From Faecousia sp. (lineage in GTDB: Bacteria > Bacillota > Clostridia > Oscillospirales > Oscillospiraceae), in NCBI GenBank assembly GCA_045537035.1, contig JAZSOR010000031.1, forward strand, positions 582 to 64,581: a DNA stretch of 64,000 nt, given 5' to 3'. Positions 16,261-25,923 of this stretch are shown here, piece after piece. Every line of letters begins with the position of its first letter. Position 1 is the first letter of the stretch. The notes under the pieces were generated by a model. That model searched no databases. It was not told the DNA's origin and worked only from the letters and a program-made list of their open reading frames with translations. The translations under genes and the position numbers were made by a program.

Positions 16261-19200
16261 GGCCGGACACCTCCTTTTGTACATCCTCCCAAAATCTTTG
16301 CGCAGTAATGGTCTTGTAGTTTCTGCGTCCTTCTACTGTTTCCTGATGGCAGATCGCGCCATAAGGACAGAAGGAGCAGGCATTATGGCTGCTGCCGCGT
16401 GTGTAAGGATTTGCCTCAATATTACCGGATGCAATTTCGTCAACGATCTTCCCAAGAAGCGAATAGACATAGGATTTCAGCAGATCAAACTGCTCCTTAT
16501 CCGCGATATCACCGGAAATCGAACCGTCCTTTTTCATGCTGTACGGCATTCTCTTCGGTGCCAGCTCCGATTCCATTGCATCCAAAACTGTCGGTTCTGC
16601 AAGTAATAGACCTTTTCGTTTCCATGCCTTTTCACGGGCTATAGCAGCTTCTTCATCGGACAATATACTGTCTGCTGGTACAAACGGAACTCTTGCAGGA
16701 AAATACTGTACGCCCGCAGGAATTGCTCCCTTACCCAAAATTTCTTCGCCCTCCTGCTCAAGAGCAAACAGGTACAAAAGCATTTGCAGACCGATACCGT
16801 TATAGATATCGCAATAATCAAAATCTTTTCTTCCGGTCTTATAATCGACCACCCGGAAGTAAGAAGAATCCTGATCCTGCCACAAATCAACACGATCCAC
16901 AAATCCACGCAGAACTGCACACATTGCCTGACCGCATATAGAGATTGCCGGCATCTTCTCTGCGTCACCGAATCCAACTTCTACATCCACCGGCTGGAAT
17001 TTGCTGTCATGAAGCTCATTCCACAGTTCGCAAACGATCAGATCCAGTTCCTTACGATTTCGTTCGAATAAATACTGCAGCCGTTCTGAATCAATCTGAC
17101 TAAACCGTTCCTTAGCGTATTCATCCGAGTAGTTTTTCGCCAGTTGCAGCGTATCTTCCAGGCTGACTTTCTGAAAGCCGCCTTGTTCTTTAATACTGCG
17201 AACAGTGTCCTCAAGTACTGCGTGTACATAGGTACCAAATTCAGCAGGATCAACGGTTGCTGTCTTTCTTTCTGCAAGCCGCAAACCGTATTTCAGGAAA
17301 TAGGACATTCTGCACTCCGCATGCTTGTCGACCTGAGATGCAGACAAACGCAGCGTAGATCCATAAAGATCCCGAATATTGCGTGGATCGACCCGTCCCA
17401 GACTATGACGGATCTTCTGATACATTTCATCATAGTCAGCTTTAATATTCAATGCATCTGCTACAGAGGTTGCGCCAACAGAAACCAGATAGGCACTTGC
17501 CTCTGTTTCGTCTGCAAACGCCAGTGATCCTGCCTCTAATTGAAGAGCGGTTTCGCCGCCTGCAAGCTGAGAAAGTCTGTTAAATATGAAGGATTCTTGT
17601 CCACCCGGACAGCTGACTGTAACAGATTCCGATGCGCCGCAGATGACGCCATAGATCTCCGAAAATGATGTCTGCAATCCGTTCATTGATCCACCAGTTA
17701 AGGGAACACCTATTTTACGAAGGTCTGTCCGTTCCTGATCGGTCAGTACGCCCATAGAGCTGCCGTAACAGGGAAACGCACCTTCCTGCGCGCCCAGTAC
17801 GATCAAATGCTTCGATTGCTGGCAGCGCATAGCGCTGACAGAACCGACGATCACAGAATCCAACACCGTAGGGATCGTACCCACATTATACTGGCTGAGC
17901 AGAAGTTTAAACAGTCGCGTAAATGTCTCTGTATCCCAAGCGGTATTACCCAGAACATCATATAGCTGCTCCATAGCGGACAATAGGATCTCCCACAGCT
18001 GATTCAGGATCTGTGCATTTCTGTTATCGCCTTGCACATCCAATTCGCAAGCAAGTGAGTCCAGGCGGCTTCTTAATTGGATATCCTCAAAGAAATCATA
18101 AAGCGCTCTTACCTGCTGTCCCAGATTTGATGCATTACGGAATCCGTTCCTCAGGTCAGCCAAAGGTTTCAAGGCAGCGGATCTTGCGCTGTTCAAATCA
18201 TTCAGTAACTGCTTATCCGAGTCTGTCCACTGAGCGGTCAGACCTGCCGGATGGTATGTCCAATCATTCAGCCAGCTATTTCCGTTAATGTTCCATAAGT
18301 AAGCGTAATTTTCAAGTCGGTCACAAACATCCAGCGCAAGCGGCGAGATAACAGACTTTAAATAACATAGAACATCCTGCCGTTCAAATCCGCTAAGCGC
18401 CGTATCCATTGCCGCAAGAACTGCTGCAATCACAGATTTCTCCAACACATTTTCTGTACCGGACAGATACACCGGAATATGACACCGTTCAAAAACCATC
18501 TCAATGGTACTCTTATAGGCAGGAAGGTCAGAACAGACAACACAAATATCCCTGTATCGGTCACCACTGCGTACACGCTCCATGATCTTTTGGGCTGCCG
18601 CTACGCATTCCTGATACACAGACTGCGTTCTGTAGACAGATAATGTTTCTTTTGCTACCGTACGGTCGATTTTTCCTTGAAATACCTTTTGCCGGACTTC
18701 CGACAAAGAATCCTCCCGAGCCGGTACTGTTATAATCTCCGTTTCTACACCGAAACGCCGGGCACAGCGAAGTAACTCAGCGGCAGTTTCACCGGCCTTT
18801 TGGAATGCCAAGGCACTGGAATTCACTGCATCGCAGTTTAGACTGATCGTAACATTCAGCGATTGAGAGATAAGGTGCTCCAGTATATCCATATGCTGAC
18901 GGGTAAAGTCCGGAAAACCGTCTATGTAGAACACATGCTCATGACCAAAGGTGCTGCATTCCAGTTCTTCCAGAAGCCAAACCATTTGATCTCTGGGATC
19001 ACGCTTTCCGTTCTCACAGATACCGTCATATGTTTCCAACAGCAAAGACAGCTCCTCGAGCTTCTGCGCCAAGCTCCCATCCGTTTGCGCAGATGCGTGA
19101 TTGAGTGTATCGGCATTAATGCAGCACTGCTTGAATTCATCTACAGCATCCACAAGGCCCGTTAAAAACTCCGGTCTTGTTTCTACGGACGCATATGCTT

Positions 19201-19513
19201 TCAGCTTGCTGTGAAGCTGCCGCGCAGCCGATGCCATTGCAACCACGCGTCCACCGTCATCCAGGCATTCCTGCGCCGCATGACCAACCGTATCAGCAAC
19301 ACGACGCTCAAGCCGGGTAAAGGACAAGACCTCTGCAAAGCGGCTTGCCTCATCTCCTGCGGTCAAAGCCAGTCTGCGCTCTGCATCGTGACTGATCAGT
19401 TCCGGGACGATCAGAATCCGGTTGCTTTTTTGCAAAGAAACATCCTGTGCGATCCGGCGGAATATTTCATCTCTGTTGGCAACCCAATCTGTTCCCAGCA
19501 AAACAGTAAGCAT
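16217..19513 (-). CDS. addB: ATP-dependent helicase/nuclease subunit B
   Basis: ILIVPE, YIDGFPDFT, RLSASQV..HAEC, RGFVDRVD, VVDYKTG, LQMLLY, Fe-S cysteines ACSFCPYGAIC. Confidence 0.95.
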   Translation of the reverse strand: MLTVLLGTDWVANRDEIFRRIAQDVSLQKSNRILIVPELISHDAERRLALTAGDEASRFAEVLSFTRLERRVADTVGHAAQECLDDGGRVVAMASAARQLHSKLKAYASVETRPEFLTGLVDAVDEFKQCCINADTLNHASAQTDGSLAQKLEELSLLLETYDGICENGKRDPRDQMVWLLEELECSTFGHEHVFYIDGFPDFTRQHMDILEHLISQSLNVTISLNCDAVNSSALAFQKAGETAAELLRCARRFGVETEIITVPAREDSLSEVRQKVFQGKIDRTVAKETLSVYRTQSVYQECVAAAQKIMERVRSGDRYRDICVVCSDLPAYKSTIEMVFERCHIPVYLSGTENVLEKSVIAAVLAAMDTALSGFERQDVLCYLKSVISPLALDVCDRLENYAYLWNINGNSWLNDWTYHPAGLTAQWTDSDKQLLNDLNSARSAALKPLADLRNGFRNASNLGQQVRALYDFFEDIQLRSRLDSLACELDVQGDNRNAQILNQLWEILLSAMEQLYDVLGNTAWDTETFTRLFKLLLSQYNVGTIPTVLDSVIVGSVSAMRCQQSKHLIVLGAQEGAFPCYGSSMGVLTDQERTDLRKIGVPLTGGSMNGLQTSFSEIYGVICGASESVTVSCPGGQESFIFNRLSQLAGGETALQLEAGSLAFADETEASAYLVSVGATSVADALNIKADYDEMYQKIRHSLGRVDPRNIRDLYGSTLRLSASQVDKHAECRMSYFLKYGLRLAERKTATVDPAEFGTYVHAVLEDTVRSIKEQGGFQKVSLEDTLQLAKNYSDEYAKERFSQIDSERLQYLFERNRKELDLIVCELWNELHDSKFQPVDVEVGFGDAEKMPAISICGQAMCAVLRGFVDRVDLWQDQDSSYFRVVDYKTGRKDFDYCDIYNGIGLQMLLYLFALEQEGEEILGKGAIPAGVQYFPARVPFVPADSILSDEEAAIAREKAWKRKGLLLAEPTVLDAMESELAPKRMPYSMKKDGSISGDIADKEQFDLLKSYVYSLLGKIVDEIASGNIEANPYTRGSSHNACSFCPYGAICHQETVEGRRNYKTITAQRFWEDVQKEVSGRGGNINSATAASCF

Positions 19514-19571
19514 CGCTCATCACTCCTTTTGGAGTATTTTATCACAAAATCTGTCCCATTTACAGTACCAT

Positions 19572-20183
19572 TTACGAAAAAAAGAATATATTTTCCACAA
19601 TACCCAGCCAATCCAAAAAGAAGAACCGGATCTCATATTCATCGTCATTTTTCAGCGTATCTGCTAAATTCCGATCCAATCCGGATGACACAGCTGTTTC
19701 AACAAATACATCCTCGCTTATAGGTAAACATAAGGACGGGAAAACGACACACCACCAGTTTTTACCTTCCCCGTTACCAATCTCAATGCGTAAGGATTCA
19801 TAGACTCCGGAAGGAAGTGTAAATGTATCATATTTTCTGATCCCAAATGATTCACGCTTTAAGGACACCTGCACACGATCAGTACACCCGATGGATTGTA
19901 GCGTTTCATTTGCCACAGCTGTCAGATCCGGCAACGCAGAAACTAAATAAGTTTTTGCTTCCGTAGCGTTGTCGAAATTACTACACTTGTCTTGTAAATA
20001 GGCTGTCACTGCATCACGGACTCTGAGCTTATTTTTTTGATCTTCCTCGCTGTCTGAATTAGCAACCACATGTAAGCGAATAATATCATTACGCAAAGAG
20101 ATCTTGTCTGCCACCAGTGAGCCGACAAAGAACAGAATTGCTACCAAAGCCGACACGCTTAAGAATTTGATGATTTTTTTCAT
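19572..20183 (-). CDS. spoIIR: Stage II sporulation protein R
   Basis: IRLHVVANSDSEEDQ..KLRVRD, LPSGVYESLRIEIGNGEGKNWWCVVFPSLC. Confidence 0.96.
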   Translation of the reverse strand: MKKIIKFLSVSALVAILFFVGSLVADKISLRNDIIRLHVVANSDSEEDQKNKLRVRDAVTAYLQDKCSNFDNATEAKTYLVSALPDLTAVANETLQSIGCTDRVQVSLKRESFGIRKYDTFTLPSGVYESLRIEIGNGEGKNWWCVVFPSLCLPISEDVFVETAVSSGLDRNLADTLKNDDEYEIRFFFLDWLGIVENIFFFS

Positions 20184-20189
20184 AAAAAC

Positions 20190-20224
20190 ACCGCCAATAC
20201 TGAAATGACATCAGTATTGACGGT
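20190..20224 (-). promoter_or_regulatory. 14-bp hairpin covering the spoIIR RBS, with a SigF-like -10 in its 5' arm
   Basis: Minus strand ACCGTCAATACTGA-tgtcatt-TCAGTATTGGCGGT-gtttttATG; GTCAATACTG matches GGNRAHAHTR at 9 of 10 positions. Confidence 0.55.
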
Positions 20225-20235
20225 ATTCGTGAATA

Positions 20236-21093
20236 TTATACAGGTTTGGCAATAAATACCTCAGGGTAGTTATCTTTCAGCATATTGCAAATGACAGCCG
20301 CAAACTCAAAGTCAGGTACAACAGCAAACACAGCCGAACCGGAGCCGGTCATTTGCTGGCCCACAGAACCATAGCTGTTGAATATAGATTTGATGTAATT
20401 TAATTCGAGGTGCTCCTCTGTTACAATGGGATCAAACACATTGCACAAATTCTCCGCGATTTTTCCCAGATCTCCTGCCAAAAGCGCGCTTTCCATGGCG
20501 CTGTGATCCGGCCGCTTGGCGATCTCCCTCTCGTCGATCTTACGGTACAGTTCAGGCGTAGAAGAAGAAAACGGAGGCTTGCAAACAACAAAAACACAGT
20601 CCGGCAGATCCGGCAGTTTCCGAATGCGCTCTCCCCTGCCTTCTACCATTGCAGTTCCGCATACTGTGCAGAATGGCACATCACTGCCGACATTTGCACC
20701 CAGCTCCGCAAGGGCAAGGATCGAAAACGGGTAATCATAATGTTTATTCAGCGCGCGCAAAACTGCAGCAGCATCGGCGCTGCCGCCGGCAAGCCCGGCT
20801 TCTGTCGGGATCCGCTTTGTAATACGGATCGCAAGTCCATTCGGGTCTTTTCCGGTGGCGTTAAAAAATTCTTTTGCCGCCTTCCACGCAAGGTTTCTCT
20901 CGTCAGTAGGAACCATTGGATTGGTACACTCCAGCGTCCATTCTTTGCCGGTTCCGATATCGATTTCAATATCATCCCGAATGGAGATCGTCTGCATAAC
21001 GCTTTTCAGATCATGATATCCGTCAGATCGCTTACCAAGCACATCCAGCGTCAGATTCAGCTTTGCATAAGCGCACTCATACAATGTAGTCAT
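20236..21093 (-). CDS. ispE: 4-diphosphocytidyl-2-C-methyl-D-erythritol kinase
   Basis: AYAKLNLTLDV..KRSDGYHDL, KRIPTEAGLAGGSADAA, GSDVPF, MTGSGSAVF; upstream TTGCAA-N17-TATAAT. Confidence 0.96.
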   Translation of the reverse strand: MTTLYECAYAKLNLTLDVLGKRSDGYHDLKSVMQTISIRDDIEIDIGTGKEWTLECTNPMVPTDERNLAWKAAKEFFNATGKDPNGLAIRITKRIPTEAGLAGGSADAAAVLRALNKHYDYPFSILALAELGANVGSDVPFCTVCGTAMVEGRGERIRKLPDLPDCVFVVCKPPFSSSTPELYRKIDEREIAKRPDHSAMESALLAGDLGKIAENLCNVFDPIVTEEHLELNYIKSIFNSYGSVGQQMTGSGSAVFAVVPDFEFAAVICNMLKDNYPEVFIAKPV

Positions 21094-21229
21094 AAAGAAA
21101 CTCGCTTTCCAATGTTTTTCTATATTATAGCGTATTTCGTGCTTTATTGCAATCAAAACTATCATACGCATAATTTTTGCCGTTACGGGAAATATATGAC
21201 CAGCCAAATTATAAAAGGGAGGTAGCTTT

Positions 21230-21436
21230 ATGGACACGATCGCATTGATCCTTTCCATTATCGGTTCTTTAAACTGGGGATTGGTTGGTATTTTCCAATT
21301 TGATCTCGTAGCCTGGCTTTTTGGCGGACAGAGCGGTGTATTCAGCCGGATCATCTATGCGCTGGTCGGTTTGGCCGGCTTATGGTGCATTTCCCTGCTG
21401 TTTCGCAGAGGTCGTCAGCAGATCGACGGTGAATAA
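21230..21436 (+). CDS. DUF378-family small membrane protein
   Basis: IALILSIIGSLNWGLVGIFQFDLVAWLFG...SRIIYALVGLAGLW; SD GGGAGG. Confidence 0.9.
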   Translation: MDTIALILSIIGSLNWGLVGIFQFDLVAWLFGGQSGVFSRIIYALVGLAGLWCISLLFRRGRQQIDGE

Positions 21437-21437
21437 G

Positions 21438-21474
21438 AAAAGCAAGGCAGCACCTATGTGCTGCCTTGCTTTTT
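21438..21474. terminator. Bidirectional terminator
   Basis: AAAAGCAAGGCAGCAC-ctat-GTGCTGCCTTGCTTTT. Confidence 0.88.
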
Positions 21475-22543
21475 ATTCAGCTGTGGGCCAGCAAATAACA
21501 CGGCATTTTACTTTATAACCCATATACTCTGCGGTAATATATGCCTGACCGGCACTAACCCATGTGATTCTGCCTCTGTTATCAACAGAACAAACCGAAG
21601 GATCACTGCTGGTAAATTTAATCTTTGATGAAGGGATCTTGCCATCTTTGTCATAATAGATAGTGCCCGTTCTCTTGCCATCGATATTCCAAAGTGAAGC
21701 ATCGCCCATCTCAACACCACCAATTACAATGTGGTACTTACAATCAAGCTTTAAGCTCTGCGGGTCGTATTCCGTTGTTCCGGGAACTTCAACATCGGTG
21801 TTCTCACCGGTGCCATCGGTAATGGGCTCCGTAGACTCAACCTCAAAGTTACAGACCACCCGGCACTCAGCAGAGGCAGTGCCGCAGGAGATTGTAATGA
21901 CAGCTTCACCGGGGGCTACCGCAACGATCTTACCAGAGTCATTAACTGTTGCAACGCCTTCATCACTGCTGGAGAAAATGATCTCATCCGTTGTATCAGC
22001 AGGCTCAACCGAAACATTCAAAAGCTGCGCAGCATCTGCAGATGTAAGCTCAATATCTGTGTTGGATGTAGTGATGTTCACACAGGGAATCTCAATAACA
22101 GTCGGTTCTGTTCTAACATCCGGCTGCGTCTGAACAGTTGTAGTAGTATCAGCAGGAGTATGAATGTCATCACCGTTCTGACCGGGACCAAAGAAATGCA
22201 GAGCAATATAAATCACAACTGCAATGATCGCAAGAAGAAGTACACAGATCGCGATCACAAGACCTTTGTCGCTGCCGGACTTTTCCTTGGGAGCTTCATC
22301 CCCTTGATACTCTTCATCCTCTGCATTTGCAGTATTCACAGATGCACTGTTTCTCTTTTTAACATTTGCTTTTGAAAATCTGCCGCCTTTGACATAGGTA
22401 TAAGTACCGGAAGGGGCTTCTGTCTGATTATTATCGGAAGTGACAGTGACAGTATCCGCCGGACGGACACAGCCGCAGATCGGGCACTGTGTAGCTGTCT
22501 CAGGATAGGATGTTCCGCAGACATCGCAAATGATCTTACTCAT
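21473..22543 (-). CDS. Zinc-ribbon, single-TM, two bacterial Ig-like (Big_2) domain protein
   Basis: CDVC-x10-CPICG N-terminus, TM LVIAICVLLLAIIAVVIYIALHFF, Big_2 motifs FSSSDEGVATVNDSGKIVAVAPGEAVIT and FTSSDPSVCSVDNRGRITWVSAGQAYIT. Confidence 0.85.
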   Translation of the reverse strand: MSKIICDVCGTSYPETATQCPICGCVRPADTVTVTSDNNQTEAPSGTYTYVKGGRFSKANVKKRNSASVNTANAEDEEYQGDEAPKEKSGSDKGLVIAICVLLLAIIAVVIYIALHFFGPGQNGDDIHTPADTTTTVQTQPDVRTEPTVIEIPCVNITTSNTDIELTSADAAQLLNVSVEPADTTDEIIFSSSDEGVATVNDSGKIVAVAPGEAVITISCGTASAECRVVCNFEVESTEPITDGTGENTDVEVPGTTEYDPQSLKLDCKYHIVIGGVEMGDASLWNIDGKRTGTIYYDKDGKIPSSKIKFTSSDPSVCSVDNRGRITWVSAGQAYITAEYMGYKVKCRVICWPTAE

Positions 22544-22692
22544 ATTGGACCTCCAATCGACACAATATTACATGCGTCAATATTTTCACGAACATTATAG
22601 CATTTCCTGATGAATAAAACAACTATAAACTTGTTGCTTTTTTTGTAAATTTATTTTATCATATAGAGGTAAATAAAAAGGAGGCGATATAT

Positions 22693-25641
22693 GTGTCTGA
22701 GCCAAAGCTGATTTCGCCGTTGCTTGACAATTTTGTTATGGGTGATCCGATCAGTGATCGGAATGGTATTCGCTGCTGCCCTGCAATAAATGAAGCCACC
22801 GAAGGCAAATACATCGTTAAAATCATTTCTGTCCCCGCTTCTCAATCACAACTGGATGCTCTTTTGCTTACAGGTGCATACAGTGATAAGGAATCTGCCC
22901 TTTCCTACTTTGAAACATTGGCAGATGAGATATCAAAAGAAGTTAAGATCCTGCAGGATCTTTCCCAGTTGGAAGGCTTTACCCCCTATGAGGATCTGCA
23001 GATCGTTCCAATGGAGAGTGAAACCGGTTTCGATATCTATCTGCTGGGTACTTATAAGCAGACATTGAAAAGCTTTTTCAAGCACTATCCCATGACGCAG
23101 CTTGGCGCGATCAATCTGGGATTGGATATCTGTTCTGCCCTTTCAGTCGCGCGGCGTTCCGGCTATCTGTATGTTGACCTGAAACCGGAAAATATCTACA
23201 TACCGGCGGAAAATGAATACCGCATCGGTGACATTGGATTCCTTTCCTTAAGCACCTTGAAGTACGTATCCCTGCCTGACCGGTATCGCAGCCAATATAC
23301 CGCTCCGGAGATTCAGGATGCATTCTCTTCCCTAAACACAACTGTTGATATTTATGCGTTGGGTTTGATATTATATCAGGCATTTAACGATGGTGTACTG
23401 CCCTTCCGTAACGAAGCAGCGCCTACCGAAGCTTTTCCGCCCCCTGCATATGCTGACTATGAAATGGCAGAGATCATTCTCAAAGCATGCGCACCTGACC
23501 CTGCTGATCGTTGGCAGGACCCGGTGGAAATGGGTCATGCGCTCGTTGGCTACATGCAGCGTAACGGTGCAAACGATACACCGATCACGCCCGTTGTGGT
23601 CGAAACGCAGCCCCAGGACGAAACGGAATCTGTTGAAGTCGCTGCCGAAGAAGAAATCACCGAAGAAGCTGCTGCGGATACAGAGAACACTGCAGAGGAA
23701 TCTGATGACAATACGATCTACATTGAAGATTCCGAAGGTAATATGACCTTTATCTCAAATTCTCTGTTTGAGGACGCTGACACCGTTGCTGACGAAGAGG
23801 AGATCGACTACGAAGAGGTCTCCAGTGAAGTATCCGATATGTTGGAGCAGGCGGATGATCTGATCGCGCATCAGGCCCCCGAACCTGTTATTCCTCCTGA
23901 ACCCATTGATGTCCCTATTCCCGATTCCTTGCCGGCAGAACCGGAAGCTGAGGAAGAATCTGAAGCAGAAGATGAAATGGCAGACAACGAAGACGAGAGC
24001 ACCGGCGAAAACTCCGGGGAAAATACCGTAAACGAAGAAGAGCAGCCTGACAGTGACGGGACAAGTGAAGAATCCGATATTAGCGAGGATGAAGAATCTG
24101 AAGAATCTGAAGTCAAGAAAAGTTTCGGCTGGCTTCGGGCAACGATCTTGTCTGTTATGGCGGTACTCGTTGTTGCACTCGGCTTCCTCTACTATAAGAA
24201 TTATTATCTGCAGCCTATCGAATCCATTCGGCTTGTTGAAACAAAAGACGGCTACCTGACGGTTCATGTCGACAGCAGCATTGATGAGAGCAAGCTGCGT
24301 GTTGTCTGTTCTGATACCTACGGCAATCAGATTCCTGCGCCCGTGATCAACGGTGTCGCCACATTTAGAAATCTGGCACCTAACTCCGCATTTACCGTAA
24401 AAGTCGAGATCGATGGATTCCACCGCCTGACCGGTGATACCTCCACCCAGTTTACTACACCTGAGCAAACAGAGATCGTCCAGTTCCATACTGTTACCGG
24501 TGCAGAGGATGGCAGTGTTATTCTGAGTTTTACCGTTAACGGTCGTGACACTGATCAGTGGACTGTCAAGTACGGCACAGCAGGCGAAGCAGAACAGGAG
24601 CTCACATTCTCCGGTCACATGGCTACTATCAGCGGTCTGACAGTTGGAAGTGAATACAGCTTTACACTTATTCCTAAGGAAGAACTGCGCATTTCCGGTA
24701 CAGATACGATCAAGCACAAGGCAAGCAAGATCGTCAAAGCCGAATATTTGTATATCACCGGTTGCATCAACAACACGCTGACCACCATGTGGTCTGCGCC
24801 CGCTGATACAAAGATCGAAAGCTGGACTGTCCGTTGCTATAACGAAAACGGATATGACGAAACGATCGTTGTCACTGAAACCGCCGCTGAATTTAAGAAT
24901 ATTGATTTGTCACAAAACTACACTGTCGATGTGACCGCCGCCGGTATGAGTGTCAGCCAGCGTGCATTTGCAGCAGCTAATTCCCTCACTGTCACAGACT
25001 TTGCCGTTGATGAATCAGATCCCCATGCCATCAAGTTATCCTGGAAGCCCGTCGGTGATGCTCCGAAGGACGGTTGGCTTCTGATGTATACCATTGACGG
25101 TTCTGCCGCCACAGAGATTACATGTAACAAGGACAATACCGCCACACTGGATACAAAGATCCCCGGTGTTTGCTACACATTTACTTTGCAGACTGCTGAC
25201 GGTGTGCCTGTCCTCGGCGGCACGATCCGGTATCAGACTGCTGCAGCCGAATCCTTCTCCGGATATGGTGTCACTGCAAGCTCTCTGGAATTCAAAATGT
25301 GTAAACGCCCCAAGGCCAAAAATTGGGATCGCTACGATTTAAAGAAAGCCGATTATACAACGACTTTTGAATCCGGTCAGAAAGTTTCTTTCCTTGTTCA
25401 CATGCTTAAAAAGTTCACCTCCTCTTCCGACAAGATTAACACCTTGTTTGTGATCAGAGATGCCAACGGAACGGTTGTAAACGCATCTTCTGTAGCATCC
25501 ACATGGAAGAAAATGTGGACTAACAAATACTGTGAACTGGATATCCCCACGGTACCAAAAACTCCCGGAAAGTATACGATCAGCGTGTATTTTAACGGTG
25601 CGTTGGCAAATGAGCAAAGCTTTACTGTTACAGAAAAATAA
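22693..25641 (+). CDS. Atypical Hanks-type Ser/Thr kinase, acidic linker, TM helix, extracellular FN3/Ig-like repeats
   Basis: IVKII, YVDLKPENI, IGDIG, YTAPE, DIYALG, KACAPDPADRW; long D/E-rich linker; TM ATILSVMAVLVVALGFLYY; repeats such as ISGLTVGSEYSFTL. Confidence 0.85.
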   Translation: MSEPKLISPLLDNFVMGDPISDRNGIRCCPAINEATEGKYIVKIISVPASQSQLDALLLTGAYSDKESALSYFETLADEISKEVKILQDLSQLEGFTPYEDLQIVPMESETGFDIYLLGTYKQTLKSFFKHYPMTQLGAINLGLDICSALSVARRSGYLYVDLKPENIYIPAENEYRIGDIGFLSLSTLKYVSLPDRYRSQYTAPEIQDAFSSLNTTVDIYALGLILYQAFNDGVLPFRNEAAPTEAFPPPAYADYEMAEIILKACAPDPADRWQDPVEMGHALVGYMQRNGANDTPITPVVVETQPQDETESVEVAAEEEITEEAAADTENTAEESDDNTIYIEDSEGNMTFISNSLFEDADTVADEEEIDYEEVSSEVSDMLEQADDLIAHQAPEPVIPPEPIDVPIPDSLPAEPEAEEESEAEDEMADNEDESTGENSGENTVNEEEQPDSDGTSEESDISEDEESEESEVKKSFGWLRATILSVMAVLVVALGFLYYKNYYLQPIESIRLVETKDGYLTVHVDSSIDESKLRVVCSDTYGNQIPAPVINGVATFRNLAPNSAFTVKVEIDGFHRLTGDTSTQFTTPEQTEIVQFHTVTGAEDGSVILSFTVNGRDTDQWTVKYGTAGEAEQELTFSGHMATISGLTVGSEYSFTLIPKEELRISGTDTIKHKASKIVKAEYLYITGCINNTLTTMWSAPADTKIESWTVRCYNENGYDETIVVTETAAEFKNIDLSQNYTVDVTAAGMSVSQRAFAAANSLTVTDFAVDESDPHAIKLSWKPVGDAPKDGWLLMYTIDGSAATEITCNKDNTATLDTKIPGVCYTFTLQTADGVPVLGGTIRYQTAAAESFSGYGVTASSLEFKMCKRPKAKNWDRYDLKKADYTTTFESGQKVSFLVHMLKKFTSSSDKINTLFVIRDANGTVVNASSVASTWKKMWTNKYCELDIPTVPKTPGKYTISVYFNGALANEQSFTVTEK

Positions 25642-25645
25642 GATG

Positions 25646-25676
25646 AAAGGGCAACCGCAATCGGTTGCCCTTTTTA
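25646..25676 (+). terminator. Intrinsic terminator of the kinase gene
   Basis: AAAGGGCAACCG-caat-CGGTTGCCCTTTTT. Confidence 0.88.
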
Positions 25677-25705
25677 CAAATATTTACAACGAATAGTATT
25701 TACGC

Positions 25706-25733
25706 TTGCATTTTTAAAAAACAGTGATATAAT
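25706..25733 (+). promoter_or_regulatory. SigA promoter of the aro operon
   Basis: TTGCAT-N16-TATAAT with TGn extension. Confidence 0.75.
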
Positions 25734-25760
25734 AATAAAAAATCATTCGGGAGGCTAATC

Positions 25761-25823
25761 ATGGTCGCTATTTCCGCAGTGCAGTTTTATTTTAACTATT
25801 ACTTTTTTACCGTTAAAAAGTAA
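25761..25823 (+). CDS. Phe/Tyr-rich attenuator leader peptide (20 aa)
   Basis: SD GGGAGG; MVAISAVQFYFNYYFFTVKK; 7 of 8 consecutive codons are Phe or Tyr; lies directly upstream of the Phe/Tyr biosynthesis operon. Confidence 0.88.
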   Translation: MVAISAVQFYFNYYFFTVKK

Positions 25824-25909
25824 TAGCAATTTGTGCTGCACGGAAATACCCGTTATCAAAGTCATTTTACTCGCCGCACAGAATTGCTTCTGTGTGGCAT
25901 TGTTTTTTT
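25769..25909 (+). promoter_or_regulatory. Transcription attenuator (1:2 protector, 2:3 antiterminator, 3:4 terminator)
   Basis: 25769-25784 pairs with 25836-25848; GCAATTTGTGC 25826-25836 pairs with GCACAGAATTGC 25876-25887; terminator GCCGCACAGAA/TTCTGTGTGGC 25873-25898 followed by ATTGTTTTTTT. Confidence 0.82.
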
Positions 25910-25923
25910 AGGAGGACATTTCT

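Noticed and set aside
23600-24115. GAA-rich low-complexity DNA
   Set aside because: Explained by the acidic linker of the kinase; no regular periodic repeat.
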